Below, piece by piece: positions 15,971 through 32,999 of a DNA stretch of 64,000 bases (within the stretch, counting starts at the first letter, position 1; every line of letters starts with the position of its first letter). The notes beneath the pieces are model-generated. The model was not told the DNA's origin, made no database searches, and saw only the letters and a program-made list of their open reading frames with translations. Origin of the DNA: the human T2T-CHM13v2.0 reference genome, Homo sapiens; assembly GCF_009914755.1 (NCBI RefSeq), contig NC_060925.1, one strand, 5' to 3'. Position numbers and translations under genes: made by a program.

Positions 15971-17646
15971 CTTTCCCTATAGTGTGAGGCAGTCTGAGTC
16001 TAGCTCTAAAGCTAGACCCTTATTACAATGCTGGATGAGTCCTAAAAGAGTAGAGTATAAAATGCTAATTTTCCCATCAAAGCAATCCTTGTCTCTAACT
16101 ACTTGGACACCCTACAAGTGATATTGCATAGTTCTGAATGGAGGTGTCCCAGACTCTACAATTTTTGTCTCCTTACTGTCTTGTTAGTAAGAGCTAAACA
16201 CACACATGTGTAAACACACACACACAACCATTAGCAACTGAAATAGACTCATGAAACATCAAAAGGTGGCTTATAGGCAGCTCGTGATTTCAAATCATGA
16301 TACTTAAAGTACTCTGCAGCACGCCAGAGACAGCAGCCTGGTGGGTGAGGCTCCTGGAACACGCAGCACTGCCATAGCACCGATCGTCCCAGAGTCAAGA
16401 GCCTCCTGAAACACTGCCATCTGAGCAACATGCTAGGTCCCTGACAAAGTCCCTCCCATGTTTAGCTTTCAGCCTCCCCTCTGACATAGGCACTTCCCTC
16501 CGCTGGCCTAAGAATGATGATTTAGAAGGTGTGTAGTGCCCTAAATTGGAAAGGGCAGTAATTTTCCTGAACAACAAGAACTGACATTTTCCCATGGCTG
16601 ATCAGAGAGGAACCAACACTGTAATGCTAGTCAATCCCTTCTTAGAGCTCCCTGGATAAAAGATATTATAGGAGCATTAAGTATCATTGAAGTTGGAAGG
16701 AAGAAGAAAAACATAGGAAGTGTTTTCACGGGCTGGAATGGAAGGCTCTGAGTCAGGGATAGCTGACAGTTGCCTTTGCAGGTTTCCTTTCATTGTGGTG
16801 TCAAAGACTTACCTTTACGTTAGCTTGCTGGCCACCGGTCAGACTGATGAACAGTATTAAGGACAAGAATATTTCCTCAGAAAGTGTGTTCCTAAAATGT
16901 ACTCATACTCATGAGAAGTGAGTTATAACCTATGAAAGTACCTTGTGTATGTGGGGAAATGGCTGATCTCTCTTCCATTCTACTTTCTGTTTAGAATGCA
17001 CTGTGAAATAGACAGTTACCCTGAATGACTTGAAAACTTAAGTGTCACTGATTCCTGGAATGATTGGGTGAATTGTTTATAAATAATCCTTGTGCCACTG
17101 TAATTAGAGTTATGTGAATCCTATACCTGGATCTAAAAAAGCACTCTTTTGACAATACACATTCTTCCCATCCAGGAATGTAATACATCTATGCACTGAT
17201 TCAAGCAAAAGCATTTATTAAAACTTGCTGGGGACCTTGGATAAGTCATCAAACCTCTCTGAGCTTCAGTCTCCACATTTGTTAAACGAAGGGATTGGGT
17301 TAGGTAAGAGGCCTTTTCCAACTCTAACATTCACAGATTCTATATTTAAAATATGTTCTTGAAAAGATGAATACTTTTTTTTAGCATTGATAATACTTCT
17401 GTCTCTGAAACCTCAACATCACTATTAAATTATTAGTTATGGGACAGAATCGGTTACTGAGAAAGATGAGGAGCTGTCCTCTCACAGTCTGCCCCTGCTT
17501 CTTCCCAGGAACGGTATGATTCAGTCACATGAATTACATCTAGGTACCTGAAAACACCATGATCATTCTTACTTCCTGGCCTTTGTCTGGTCTTCACATG
17601 GCATGGAACACTCTGTGTCCTCTTCTCCATTCACCAGACTCACCCC

Positions 17647-17764
17647 AATTCACCCTGCAGACTTCAGCTTCAGTGCACCTCCCCTGGGAAGCCTCGCAAG
17701 GCCCTAATTCACCCTGCAGACTTCAGCTTCAGTGCACCTCCCCTGGGAAGCCTCGCGAGGCCCT
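17647..17764. repeat. 59-bp tandem duplication (2 copies, 1 mismatch)
   Basis: aattcaccctgcagacttcagcttcagtgcacctcccctgggaagcctcgc(a/g)aggccct at 17647-17705 and 17706-17764. Confidence 0.95.
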
Positions 17765-17864
17765 CCCAGCTGCACAGTGCCCCTCCTGGCATTCCTGTTT
17801 CGAGTGTTATACCACTTCCCAAACTTTACTGTGCTTAACTGTTTGCTTTCTAGAAGCTTTTTCT

Positions 17865-20965
<3,101 letters not shown>

Positions 20966-20982
20966 TCTAGAAGCTTTTTCTA

Positions 20983-21062
20983 TTAGGTTGGTGAAAAAGT
21001 CATTGCGGTTTTTGCCGTTGAAAGTAATGACAAAAACCACAATTACTTTTGCACCAACTTAA
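20983..21062. mobile_element. MADE1 (Hsmar1-derived mariner MITE)
   Basis: 80-bp near-palindrome TTAGGTTGGTGAAAAAGTCATTGCGGTTTTTGCC...GACAAAAACCACAATTACTTTTGCACCAACTTAA flanked by TA on both sides. Confidence 0.92.
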
Positions 21063-22185
21063 TAGATTTTAAGATCCCTGGTGGTGGAAACGTTATATTA
21101 TTCACCGTTAAATCCCATTTCTAGCAGAGTATCTAGCCCATTATAGATGCTCAATAAATATTCACTGTTGCTATTACAGAATTTTAAACCATGAGCGTGT
21201 TAGGACATCCACATAGTTTAGTGACAGCACTTCACCTCTAAGCAGCACTTTGACATGCATGACTGTCAGTTGGTTCTTCTGAGTGCATCTGAGTGTTATG
21301 GAGTGCTTCTCCATCAATTACTAGCGCAATTAAGCGCCCAACAGATATTTGGGCATTTATCCTATGGCCAGCGGAGAAACACTCTATTTCACTTTTCCGG
21401 GATGGAGAAGGAAGTACATCTCACAATTTCCCCAGGGCCCTGGAATCTACCACATCCTTGGTAGAGATAATGCAGATCTGTGAAAGTAGCCTCTGATGGG
21501 GTTGCTCCAAGGATATTTCATGAAAGAATGGCAAAGGAGTATTTGTTGCCATTTATGGCAAGCCCAATACAAAGCTCCAAAAACTTCATAAGGAATAGAA
21601 AACCCCAAATTGAAACTGTAAGGAAGGAGACTCATCTACAAATTTTGACTGGAACTCTAGAAAAATAGCTCTGGAAAATAGCTTTTTGGGTAAATATATG
21701 AATATAGTGTGTCTTATATATTGGTAAGCTCCATAAATATTATCCAATGATATATTAATCACTTCTGCCTCTAAATTACTATCTGATTTTTAGCTAAGGT
21801 TATTCACTTTCTTTGTATGAGCTCCTTTGTTTGCACAATGTGGAAATGTAGAAAGGACTACTCATCTTGAAGGGTCATGGTGAGAATTAGTCTACTCCCA
21901 TTTCTTCCTTATTGCCAGTTTACCCTCCAGCTGCTAATATTCCAGCTGACAATAGGAAAGCAATTTGATGGCAGGGATCTAGAAATCTTTTATTGTTATT
22001 ATTATTATTTGTTTTGTTTTGGCCAGTGTACAGATTTTTATTTTATTTATTTATTTATTATTTTTATAGTTTTTGGAAAAGAGGTGGTGTTTGGTTACAT
22101 GGATGTTTTTTAAGTGGTGATTTCTGAGATTTTGGTGCACACAACACCCATCACCCAATCAGTGTACACTGTACTCAGTGTGTAG

Positions 22186-22490
<305 letters not shown>

Positions 22491-22671
22491 CCATTGTATC
22501 ATTCTTATGCCTTTGCTTCCTCATAGCTTAGCTTTCACTTATAAATGAGAAAATATGATGTTTGGTTTTCCATTCCTGAGTTACTTCACTTAGAATAATG
22601 GTCTCCAACTCCATCTAGATTGCGGCAAATGTCATTATTTCATTCCTTTTTATGTCTGAGAGGTATTCCAT

Positions 22672-22672
<1 letters not shown>

Positions 22673-22718
<46 letters not shown>

Positions 22719-22809
22719 GTGTGTGTGTATATATATGTGTATGTATATATGTGTGTATATATGTGTATATATGTGTGTATATATATGTGTGTATATATAT
22801 GTGTATATA

Positions 22810-22866
<57 letters not shown>
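22673..22866. repeat. Compound (TG)n/(TA)n microsatellite, ~194 bp
   Basis: Unbroken purine-T alternation ending in about (TA)24. Confidence 0.97.
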
Positions 22867-22869
<3 letters not shown>

Positions 22870-24189
22870 ATTTTCTTTATCCACTCATTGACTGATGGGC
22901 ATTTGGGCTGGTTCCATACTTTTTGCAAATGCAAATTGTGCTGCTGTAACTACATGTGTGCAAGTGTCTTTTTCATGTAATGAATTATTTTCCTCTGGGT
23001 GATACCCAGTAGTGGGATTGCTGGATCAAATGGTAGCTCTATTTTTAGTTCTTTAAGGAATCTTCACACTGTTTTCCATAGTGGTTGTACTAGTTTACAT
23101 GCCCACCAGCAGTGTAAAAGTGTTCCTTTGTCACCATACTCATGCCAACAGCTATTTTTTTTAAATTTTTTTTATTATGTCCATTCTTGCAGGAGTAAGG
23201 TGGTATTGCATTGTGGTTTTCACTTGCATTTCCCTGATCATTAGTGATGTTGAGCATGTTTTTCATGTTTCTTGGCCATTTATATATCCTCTTTTGAGGA
23301 TTATCTATTCATGTCCTTAGGGGACATGGATTACTATTTTTTTCTTGCTGATTTGTTTGAGTTCTTTTTAGATTCTGGATATTAGTCCTCTGTCAGATGC
23401 ATAGATTGCAAAATTTTTCTCCCATTCTGTGGGTTGTCTGTGTACTCTCCTGATTATTTCTTTTGCTGCACAGAAGCTTTTTCTTTAATTTCCTTAATTA
23501 GGTCCCATTTATTTATTTTTGTTTTTGTTGCATTTGCTTTTGGGTTCTTAGTCATGAAGTTTTTGCCTAAGTCACTGTCTAGAAGGTTTTTCCACTGTTA
23601 TCTTCTAGAATTTTTATGGTTTCAGGTCTTAGATGTAAGTCTTTGATCCACCTTGAGTTGATATTTTTATAAGATGAGACATGAGACTCCAGTTTCATTC
23701 CTCTACATATGGCTTGCCAATTATCCCAGCACCAGTTGTTGAATAGGGTGTCCTTTCCCCACTTTACGTTTTTGTTTGCTTTGTCAAATACTAGTTGGGT
23801 GTAAGTATTTGGCTTTATTGCTGGTTCTCTATTTTGTTCCATTATTCTGTGTGCCTGTTTTTATACCAGTACCATGCTGTTTTGGTGACTATAGTCTTTG
23901 CTAGTATAGTTTGAAGTTGGGTAATGTGATGCCTCTAGATTTGCTCTTTTTGGTTAGTGTTGCTTTAGCTATGAAGGTACTTTTTTGGTTCTATATGAAT
24001 TTTAGGATTGTTTTTTCAAGTTCTGTGAAGAATGATGGTATTTGGTATTTTGATGGGAAATGCATTGAATTTTTAATTTGCTTTCTGGTCCTGGGCTTAA
24101 GAAAGAAAGGAAGTGAAGGTATAGTAATAGTTAAAGACAGGAAGTTCTTGATCAGGGTTGTGAAAGCTCCTTTCCCTGTAATGGATTAG

Positions 24190-25050
24190 AGAGGTCCTAA
24201 AGATCCTAGCCAGACTACAGATCAAATCCCTGCTCTTCAATATTCTTTGATGTCTCAAGCAAGTACAGTTAAACTCTCTGAGTCTCCACAATTGTAAAAA
24301 TTGAGATAATAATATCCAGTTCTCAAGATTATTATAAGGATTAAATGATAATCATGTCTGTGAAGTACTCAGGCACTGCTTGGCACATAGTAACCTCTTG
24401 GTAGTTGAGAATCATTCCAAGGCTATTTTTCTAGCCTGCCACAATCCTGCCACCAGACTCCACATTCCCTCCTCATTCAGTAAACATAGAAGTGCAGCCT
24501 GGAATGCTTTCCATCTTCTGTCTGTTTAAAAAATCTACTCAAATGAGTAGGTGTGTGGTGGAGTGGCGAGGGGAGAGACTGTGGAGTCAGCAAGAAATCC
24601 TTTGGCAGTTAAAGTTATTTGAACTCAAAGCCTGTGTTCGCCCAACTGTAAAGTAGGGATAATAACATTGTCTGCCTCACAGGATTCTTGTATAACATAA
24701 GAAAATGCATGTGAAAGACTGAGCACAATGCTTGGTAGCAAGCAGTCAATAAAGGATGCCTATTAACTCTGCTAGGCAATAAGAGCTCAACTCAGTAGCA
24801 TCCTCCTGTCTGAAGGTTTTTCTGTAATTGCTCCCTGTGCTGCCATAACACACTGTCTGTAGTGCATTTCTTTTCAACATGAAATTGTCATATTGCCATG
24901 TGTAAAAATTAGTAGCATATATAAAACATCTATACAAGCTCATGTGCTCCTTAAGGACAAAGACTGTTTCAGTGATGAGGTCCTCACAATCAGTGGGGGT
25001 TACATAGTAAAGGCTCAGACGACATTGTTGAACTGAACTGAAATGACAAA
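24190..25050 (+). mobile_element. Cluster of MIR (~24190-24400, ~24560-24750) and L2 (~24800-25050) fossils
   Basis: ctctctgagtctc..tgtaaaa..gataataat and ctgtaaagtagggataataac; L2-like acaagctcatgtgctccttaaggacaaagactg...ttgttgaactgaa. Confidence 0.55.
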
Positions 25051-26000
25051 TTAAAACAGAAAGCTTTTCTACTAAGATGATAACTAGGAAGACAGTTATC
25101 ATGTCCCCTAAACAACAGTAAAACTAGCAAGAAGTAAACCATGTTTAACAGTCACTCTAACATGGATGGTCAGGAAATTGATTGCGAGTGAGAAAAAGAG
25201 ATGGAAATAATTGAGAAAAATATTTATGTGTCAGAAAGAAAAGTGTGAATCAATTACTAGAGTTATGAATATTAAGCAAGTTGCTTGAGAAGCATTGATG
25301 TACGGATGAATTGGGCAATTTTTCCCAAGTTTTCCACAAAAAGGAATCAAGATCACTCAGCTGCTGACAGATGATTTTTACCTTTCAGATTCAACATTAT
25401 TTACTGTCACCCAGCTAAAGACAAAGGAGTTTACACGTTGTGTATGTAAATATTAACTGGGTGATGACTCACATTTTTATGGGAGCTCTATAATTCATAG
25501 TTATACGTGCAGACAAGCATCCCACTGAGAGACTGGGCGTGGGGAGAAGGGGATGGAAATTAAACCACTGCAAGTTTCCACGCACACCACTTCCTCCTTA
25601 TCTGTGAAATTTTATCTTCTCTGTTATTGTCCAAGACGCTGTTGTGCAAACCCCTCACATCTGAAAGTCCTGGGAAGAGAACTGTGGTATGAGTTTTCAG
25701 GAATCGGGGCTAGATATGGGAGTACTTTTCCATGAAACAAAAGCGGATAACACCCCCCGCCCTCAACTCCAGGGCTTAATCAAAGGAGACCAAACCCTTG
25801 CTATAGGCATCAAGTTTGTATGCAGGATGAAGTATGGGAGACAACGAGGGAGGGAGTGTTTATTCAAACACATATGCAGCCCCTGTCCTAAATCAGTGCC
25901 AAATTGGGTGATGGCAAACCTAAGAAATACAGTGTCTCACTGATACAATCCCAGCTCCTCCTCAATGTTAAAGGGTAATTTATAAGTTAAAGTGAAAAGA

Positions 26001-26284
26001 TTTTTTTTTCCAAGAGTCTTGCTCTCACACAGGCTGGAGTGCAGTGACGCTATCTCGGCTCACTGCAAACTCTGCCTCTCGGGTTCAAGCAATTCTCTGC
26101 CTCAATCTCCCGAGTAGCTGGGATTATAGGTGCCCACCACCACACCTGGCTAATTTTTGTGTTTTTAGTAGAGATGGGGTTTCACCATCTTGACCAGGCT
26201 GGTCTTGAACCCCTGACTTCGTGATCCACCTGCCTTGGTCTCCCAAAGTGCTGGGATTACAGGCGTGAACTACCATGCCGAGCC
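26001..26284 (-). mobile_element. AluS
   Basis: Antisense near-full-length Alu with short tail. Confidence 0.9.
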
Positions 26285-26879
26285 AAGAATATTTTCAAAA
26301 ACTAAATTTAGTATCTATTGTTTGCCTGAAAGGTCCAGGGGATATTGGTGTTGGTGGGAATGGTTCTAATTCTTATGTTCCTGGAAGTCCACAGATTTCT
26401 GTTCATGCCCAGGATCTGCTGCGCTCATGGAGGATGTCAGGCAAGTTGCTTAGCCATATAAGTTTGGGAGCAGGTGGGCAGTTTCCCAATTGGTACAATG
26501 AGATGACTGGTTAGCTCATCTCCAAGACAATTGGGCTTAACATTTTGGAGATCATAGATAACTTGGAGAATCTGATGAAAACTGTGAACCTTCTTTCCAG
26601 AAGAAAGTACATACATTTGACTTTCAACATTTCTTTTCAGAAACTTTATGGACACCTTGAATTTATCCACGGACTGCAGGTCCGTGTTCTAAAGGATTGT
26701 TGCATAGTGTTTTGGATAGTTTGAATACTAAGAATGAATACCAAGAGGATGTAAAACACAAGGGCACTGCTTTTCCTTCAAATATAACAATTTAAAATTC
26801 AATATTCCAGAGATATCAAGTTAAAAATGAAAGATCTGATATCTTCCGACTTTTAATCCATATAGTGCTATAAAGTTTT

Positions 26880-27187
<308 letters not shown>

Positions 27188-29639
27188 TAGTGCTACAAAG
27201 TTTTAATCGAATGACTAAATTATAAGCCTTGGGTTCCTTTTGTATATTTTTAAATAAAACTGAATTTTCCTAATGAATTAAACTTTCTACTTGCACTATG
27301 ATTTCAAAGATATTTCCCCAGGAAAAAATATTTGGCTCCAACTGTGAATATACACAAAATTATCACATTTTGGTAAGAACTAATATCTACTAATGAAACC
27401 TCATTGGCTTAATTTGGCTTAAGAAACACCCCCTCCACCACCTCCATGTGACCACTGTTTCAGAATGTTAGAAAAACAAACTATTGATGACTTAACAGAA
27501 GCACTGTGTTGATACAGTCATAGATTCCCTTTTAAAAATCTACTTAATGAACTGGAGCATTTTAAAAATTGCTCCAACAGGTCAAACAGGAGACATGTCA
27601 GGTGGGAAGTGAAAGGCGGCAAACATAGGCAATTTCGACATACGCAGATAATGGCAAGATCATGTCACAATCATAACATGGCTAAAATCTCCATTTGGAC
27701 TGAAAAGTATTGGGTATCTTAGTGCTCTCCAAATTGCCTACTTCTTTTTTAACTTAAAAATTTACTTAGACTGTCTTATTTATTTATGTAGTTCCCAAGT
27801 CCAGTTCAGTATCTGGCACGCTGTTCTCACTGCACGATCTTTTACTTCTTCCCATTTTTTTGGAAAATGTCAGAGTAGGAGGAAGCAGAAAGATCTGTAT
27901 GCCTCTCATCTTCCTGTTGTAGAGACTGAAATCCTATTAGATTCAGTTCCTTGAGCCAAGGTGTTGAGTCCCCAGCTACCTCCCTTTCTGGTGTAAATAT
28001 TTCTGGAATGTGTAACACTTGAATGAGATGGTAACTCATGAATGTAATATAAAATATGGTCTCCCAGTTCAATTTCACACATATACCTGAATCTGGGACA
28101 TTGAGGAAACCAAAGACATGATGGGCAAGGAAAGATAGGATTTGATTGCATCGAGAAGAGGGGAGAGCCTAGAAAACAACTAAGGACATGAGCTGAGATG
28201 GGATGTGGTGGGAGGTGGCAGGAGGCTGGAGGCACCTGGGGCAGGAGAATGCTAGAAGAGCAAGCAGAAAATACAAAGGCTAAATTGGCCTTCTTCAGTT
28301 TTACTCCGAATAATTCCAATCCAGTTGACAAGAAATTATATGTACCACACTACTCTGAATGTGTCAGTTATTTTATTTTGAAAACTTTTGCACATGGTAG
28401 GCAGTAAAAATATTTGTGGAATGAATGAAATTATCACCAACACCCCTATGCCATATGATAACTAAGTTAAGAATCCTTCTCATTAAAATGCAGTTCTAAA
28501 GCTGAGGCCCCCTTAGAGCAGACTGACTTTTATCAGAAACAGTATGGCCATCTGTCCTGAATAAATGCCTTTAAGGTCATTTTTCAAAATTCTTCATCCC
28601 ATATTTCTTCTAAGTCATGGAATCTGTGCATTTCATTCTACTATATTTCCTTTGCTTTTCCTTGTGGCCAGGTTGATCATACAACTCTTACTACCAAAGG
28701 ACTGACTGCTTGACAGAACCACTGCGTTGTATTAGTGACATTAATTGAACATTGAACAGGTGTAAGGAATTAGAATAGCACCTCACAGTGCCTTAGCTCA
28801 TTTGCATCTGGTGTGGATTAACGTTATTCCCATTTTACCGATTGAAATTCTAGGAGTTAAAGGTCATACAATTAGTAAGCAGTGGAGCAGATTTCTATTC
28901 CTCATCATGTGAACTGAAGTCAGAGCTCTCAAGCCCTGTGCTATGCAGCTTGTGCTCTGCAGAGAGAGGGCACCTAGTCAAGGTTGCTGACAAGTGAAAA
29001 ACAGTTCACCATATTAATTGAAAATTAAAGTAGAGCTAAAGGATACCAAAGAATAATAAATGCCGAGGCCCCAGTGCCAGGTATGCTCCATTTGTTCCAG
29101 AATATGAAGTTCCCACTCTTCTAAATCTCTGCCCACGAGAGCCTGCTGCTCATCAGGCAAAATACAAGGAGGTGATCTCAGAGGGTGGTGCTGCCTTCAC
29201 ACTCTGCTCAAAGGTGTGGGTGACATACAGCCTGCAAGTGACCTTGAGAAGTAGGCTGTTTCTCTCCCACCCCTTCCCAGGACCTATGGGACTCTACAAA
29301 ACCCTCCTGCTTGTTACAGCTTTCTGAGAGGCATAGGGCTCCCCAGGGAAATGGCACTGGGGAGGTAATCTTGCTTCTAGCAGTTCCTGTACTCACTGCC
29401 TCATTCTTCTAAGCTATCCTGGTGGAAACTGCCGGTCCCCAGCCAGTGAACCAGAACCATGTCCCTGTTCCTTTCTGTAGAGCAATAAAGGAAAAGTCTG
29501 GCTTGTGTCAGCTGTGGCTGCCCTGGGTCACAACTCACCCCCAGGGAAGCAGACTGGTTTTCTGAACATTTTCTGAGTTCCAGCCTCTTTACAGCAAGAA
29601 GACCAAAAGTGGGAGCTCATACCTTGCTAAGAGGTAGAG

Positions 29640-29870
29640 CTACTAATTACCCAGTGCCTGCTCTGCTATTGGCATTTTAACATACATTCTTATTTAATTG
29701 TCACCATATTGCTGTGAAGATGATCAGAATATCCCTGGTTTACATACTGGGAAGCTGTGGCTCAGCGAGGTGAAGTGATGTACCCAAGGCAAACCCTACA
29801 GAATGTCAAGACTGAGCTTTATAACCAGTCTGACTGGCTGTGAAGTTAATGCTTTCCCCTATTCTATACT
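29640..29870 (-). mobile_element. MIR fossil (others at ~28780-28950 and ~30330-30450)
   Basis: gggaagctgtggctcagcgaggtgaagtgatgtacccaagg. Confidence 0.6.
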
Positions 29871-30979
29871 ACTTTACAGCCCCTCCCTCATGATCTCCTC
29901 TGCGGTATGCTCAAACACGAGATATCAGTGCCCACTTCCCATGAGAGGCTCTTCTTTCCAGCTGAGGGCTGGATCCTTGCAGCATTCATTCTGCTAAGCC
30001 AGAGAAGGGCTCCTAAACTCTTCCCTCTCCTGTCCACTTCCTAGTGCAACTTCATTATATTTGGTGAGCTAGGACATCTGGTTTTGTAGCAGCCTTCCCC
30101 TGAGGTTAAATTCATCTTTGACCGTGTCCCATGTACTATTCTCTAAAATCCAGAGAATTTACTTGCAAATTGTTTGAAAGTCAATGCTGTTTCTGATGGG
30201 GACACAGAATGCACAATAGAAGATAGAGAAACACAGAAATCCACTTTATCTCCCCACTTCACTATGCGAGCTTCCAGGCCATGTATCAGAATGCCTGGGC
30301 ATGGGGTAATGAAAGGGTAAGGAAAGACCAGATAGGCTCATCCCAAACTCTGTCATTTAATGGCTGTGACCATAGGCAATTAAGGTCATCTGCACCTCAG
30401 TTTGTTCATCTTTACCTTCCAGATAGGTATTACCTGTAGGAGCCCACTCAAATTAAGGAGAGTAAATGAAGCCAGAACCCTAATGAGCTATTCATCCTCC
30501 AAAAAGAATAAACTATATTAAAAGAAAAAACAAAATAACAAAGAAGACCAAAAACACCTCCACAAAGAAAGTCAACATGGAAAATCATCTGGTAATGTTT
30601 ACAGGAGGCCTAAGAGTGAGAGGATTCTTGACAACCTGTAGCTGTTTTTATCATTTCCACCCTTGCATTGGAATATGGCTTAGGAAAGTCTCTGCCTGTG
30701 CAGTGCCTTAGTTTTCCTCTCTGTAGAATGGAAATAATCTGAGTCTCCTGCCTGTCTTACACATTCTCACAGAAGCTTTACAAAATATACCTGATAGCTG
30801 TGAAACATTGAGTTCCCTAGGGATAGTCTACAGGAGCAGATTTCAGCAACCCAATCACCCATAGCCAATATATAATTTTACAACTTTTTTTTTTCACTGT
30901 GACTATCCACTAGACTGTAAGCTCCATGAAACAGAAAACTGTGTTAGATTTTGCTCAGTGGTGTATCCCTGGGCTAGGA

Positions 30980-31405
30980 GAGGCTGCAGTGCATTGCTCG
31001 GGTCCTGCCTTCAGGATGGAGGCATGCTTTCCCCCAGCTGCTGGGAGCATCAGCTGCCAATGGTTCACAGCTGATTGCCTTCCTAGGAATTGCCCTTGGT
31101 GAAAGAAAGTTCTTTGTGCAATGTTTTTTTCCTTCTTCAGTTGCAACCCAGTGACTGGTCAATACAGTGGTACAAAGGCCTGGGCCCCTTGCCTCAACTC
31201 AGGACAACTCTGAAAGGCTATCCCCAGGTCCAGAACTCTCTGAAGGGCCAGATGAGGCCTTCGTCAAAACTGCAGCACAGTTTAACTTCTTCTGCCAAGT
31301 CCAATTTCCCCCACTCGCAGATGTTGTACCCACCAGCCCTTCTCAATAAACCTGCAAGCAAGTCTATAATTCGCAATCTGTTTCCCAGGGAACCCAACCA
31401 ATTGA
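30980..31405 (+). mobile_element. ERVL solo LTR (LTR16C-like) inserted in an L2 3' end (30900-31450)
   Basis: tttcccccagctgctgggagc...ggccccttgcctcaactcaggacaactctgaa...tcaataaacc...tctgtttcccagggaacccaacc; L2 motifs on both flanks. Confidence 0.75.
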
Positions 31406-32999
31406 ACTCATTGTAGGGTTCAATAATATTTGTTGAAGGCTGAATGAACATTGGAAGGGATAAAATTGCTAACAAAATAAATTCAATTTGATATAAACAT
31501 CCTTCAGGAGATGAGAAGGAATATAAACCATGGATTCTTTCCAAGTCTTAGAGACAAAAATTCTATAAGATATAGGAGAGCCTTCAGTAAATGATGCTGC
31601 CATAATATATTATTTCTTTGAAAGACTTTTAAATGATTGATACAGGACACAATAAATGAAAAAGTCCAAAGTGACTGTAGTCACATAACCATCAGTCAAC
31701 AAACTCTTAAAATCCTTTAAAAATAAAGATGGTTTGCCACATGTAAAATTCAATAGACCTAATTATTTTCAAATGAACATTAAGTTCTCATTAATTTTCA
31801 TCTGGCCAAATTAACCAAAAGGAGAGAGGACAGTCTGTATATCAGTCGGTGTCTATCAGGCCAAGTTGAAATTACATTAGTGTAAGTGGATCAGGAACAT
31901 GTGAATTAGATTTACCCTTTGGATGCTATGGATGTAATCATTAAGGCCATCACCCTAGCAGATGGAGAACCTGCCCAAATACCACTGAGCTAATTCCTCA
32001 TTACTCTTCAAGATTCTGTACAACAGCACTTAATAATAGAAGTCAACTCTCAGTTGACATCTTCCCCATCCAATTTATTTATTTTTTCACCTGTACATTT
32101 GAGATATGTCATTTATGCCACTGGATCGTTTCTGATTGGGACACAAACAACACAACAGAAGATGGGGAAACAGAGATCCCATTGACCACCACATTCACTC
32201 ATACTATAACAGCCCAGTTGCCTCCAAACCAGGTCTCTTCTCTGTTACTACCACACTGGGTTGAGTGGGCAGAAGGCCTGTATGGAAAATGACCAATTTT
32301 GTTTTTAAAGATTTCAGGACATTTATGCCAAGAGAGTCTACTAATAACTTGTAACAGCTGCCTCTGATTAAGTGCCAGGCAAGGTTTCTTCTTTGTTCTA
32401 AGCAATTTATATTCATTATCTTGAGTCTTCACGAGAGCCAGATATGTGGATAAATATTATTATTCGTGTTTTACAAGTGACCAAACAAGTTCAGAAAAGC
32501 AAATAGATTGCCCAAGATTGCACAGTAACTAAAATAGCAGACCTGGGATTCAAATCCAGGACAAGACTAATAGACACTACTAGGACACTTTGCTCCTTTA
32601 TTTTTTATAAGTGATTTCAACTTGCGAAAATGAAGTGAAAGTAGGAATCCAAAACCACTGGCCATCCTGGAGAAATCGATTAATTTCTGGTGGCCTTGGT
32701 GACTAACCCTGTTATAGGAGCCCATTCAAATTAGGGAGGGTAAACAAAGTCAGAAAGGATAAAGAGTCATTTATGCTTTGGAAAATCCTTTCATTAAAAC
32801 AAAAACAATAACCACCACCACAAAGAAGGTCAACAAGGAAAACCATTAACTTAAACTTAACCATAGATAGAGAGAGAAAAAAAATCATATTCCCAGAGAG
32901 TTTTTTCACTTAAATTTAGCCTTTTGGGGATTTTCTGATTTTCATAAAACTTCCTTTTGCCTATTTAATTCAAAAAAGTACAAGTTGAAATTTTATTTT

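Noticed and set aside
22615-22980. ORFs with VC/YI/HT dipeptide repeats
   Set aside because: These are translations of the (TG)/(TA) microsatellite.
27591-27600. AGACATGTCA p53-like half-site
   Set aside because: Single imperfect half-site with no adjacent second decamer.
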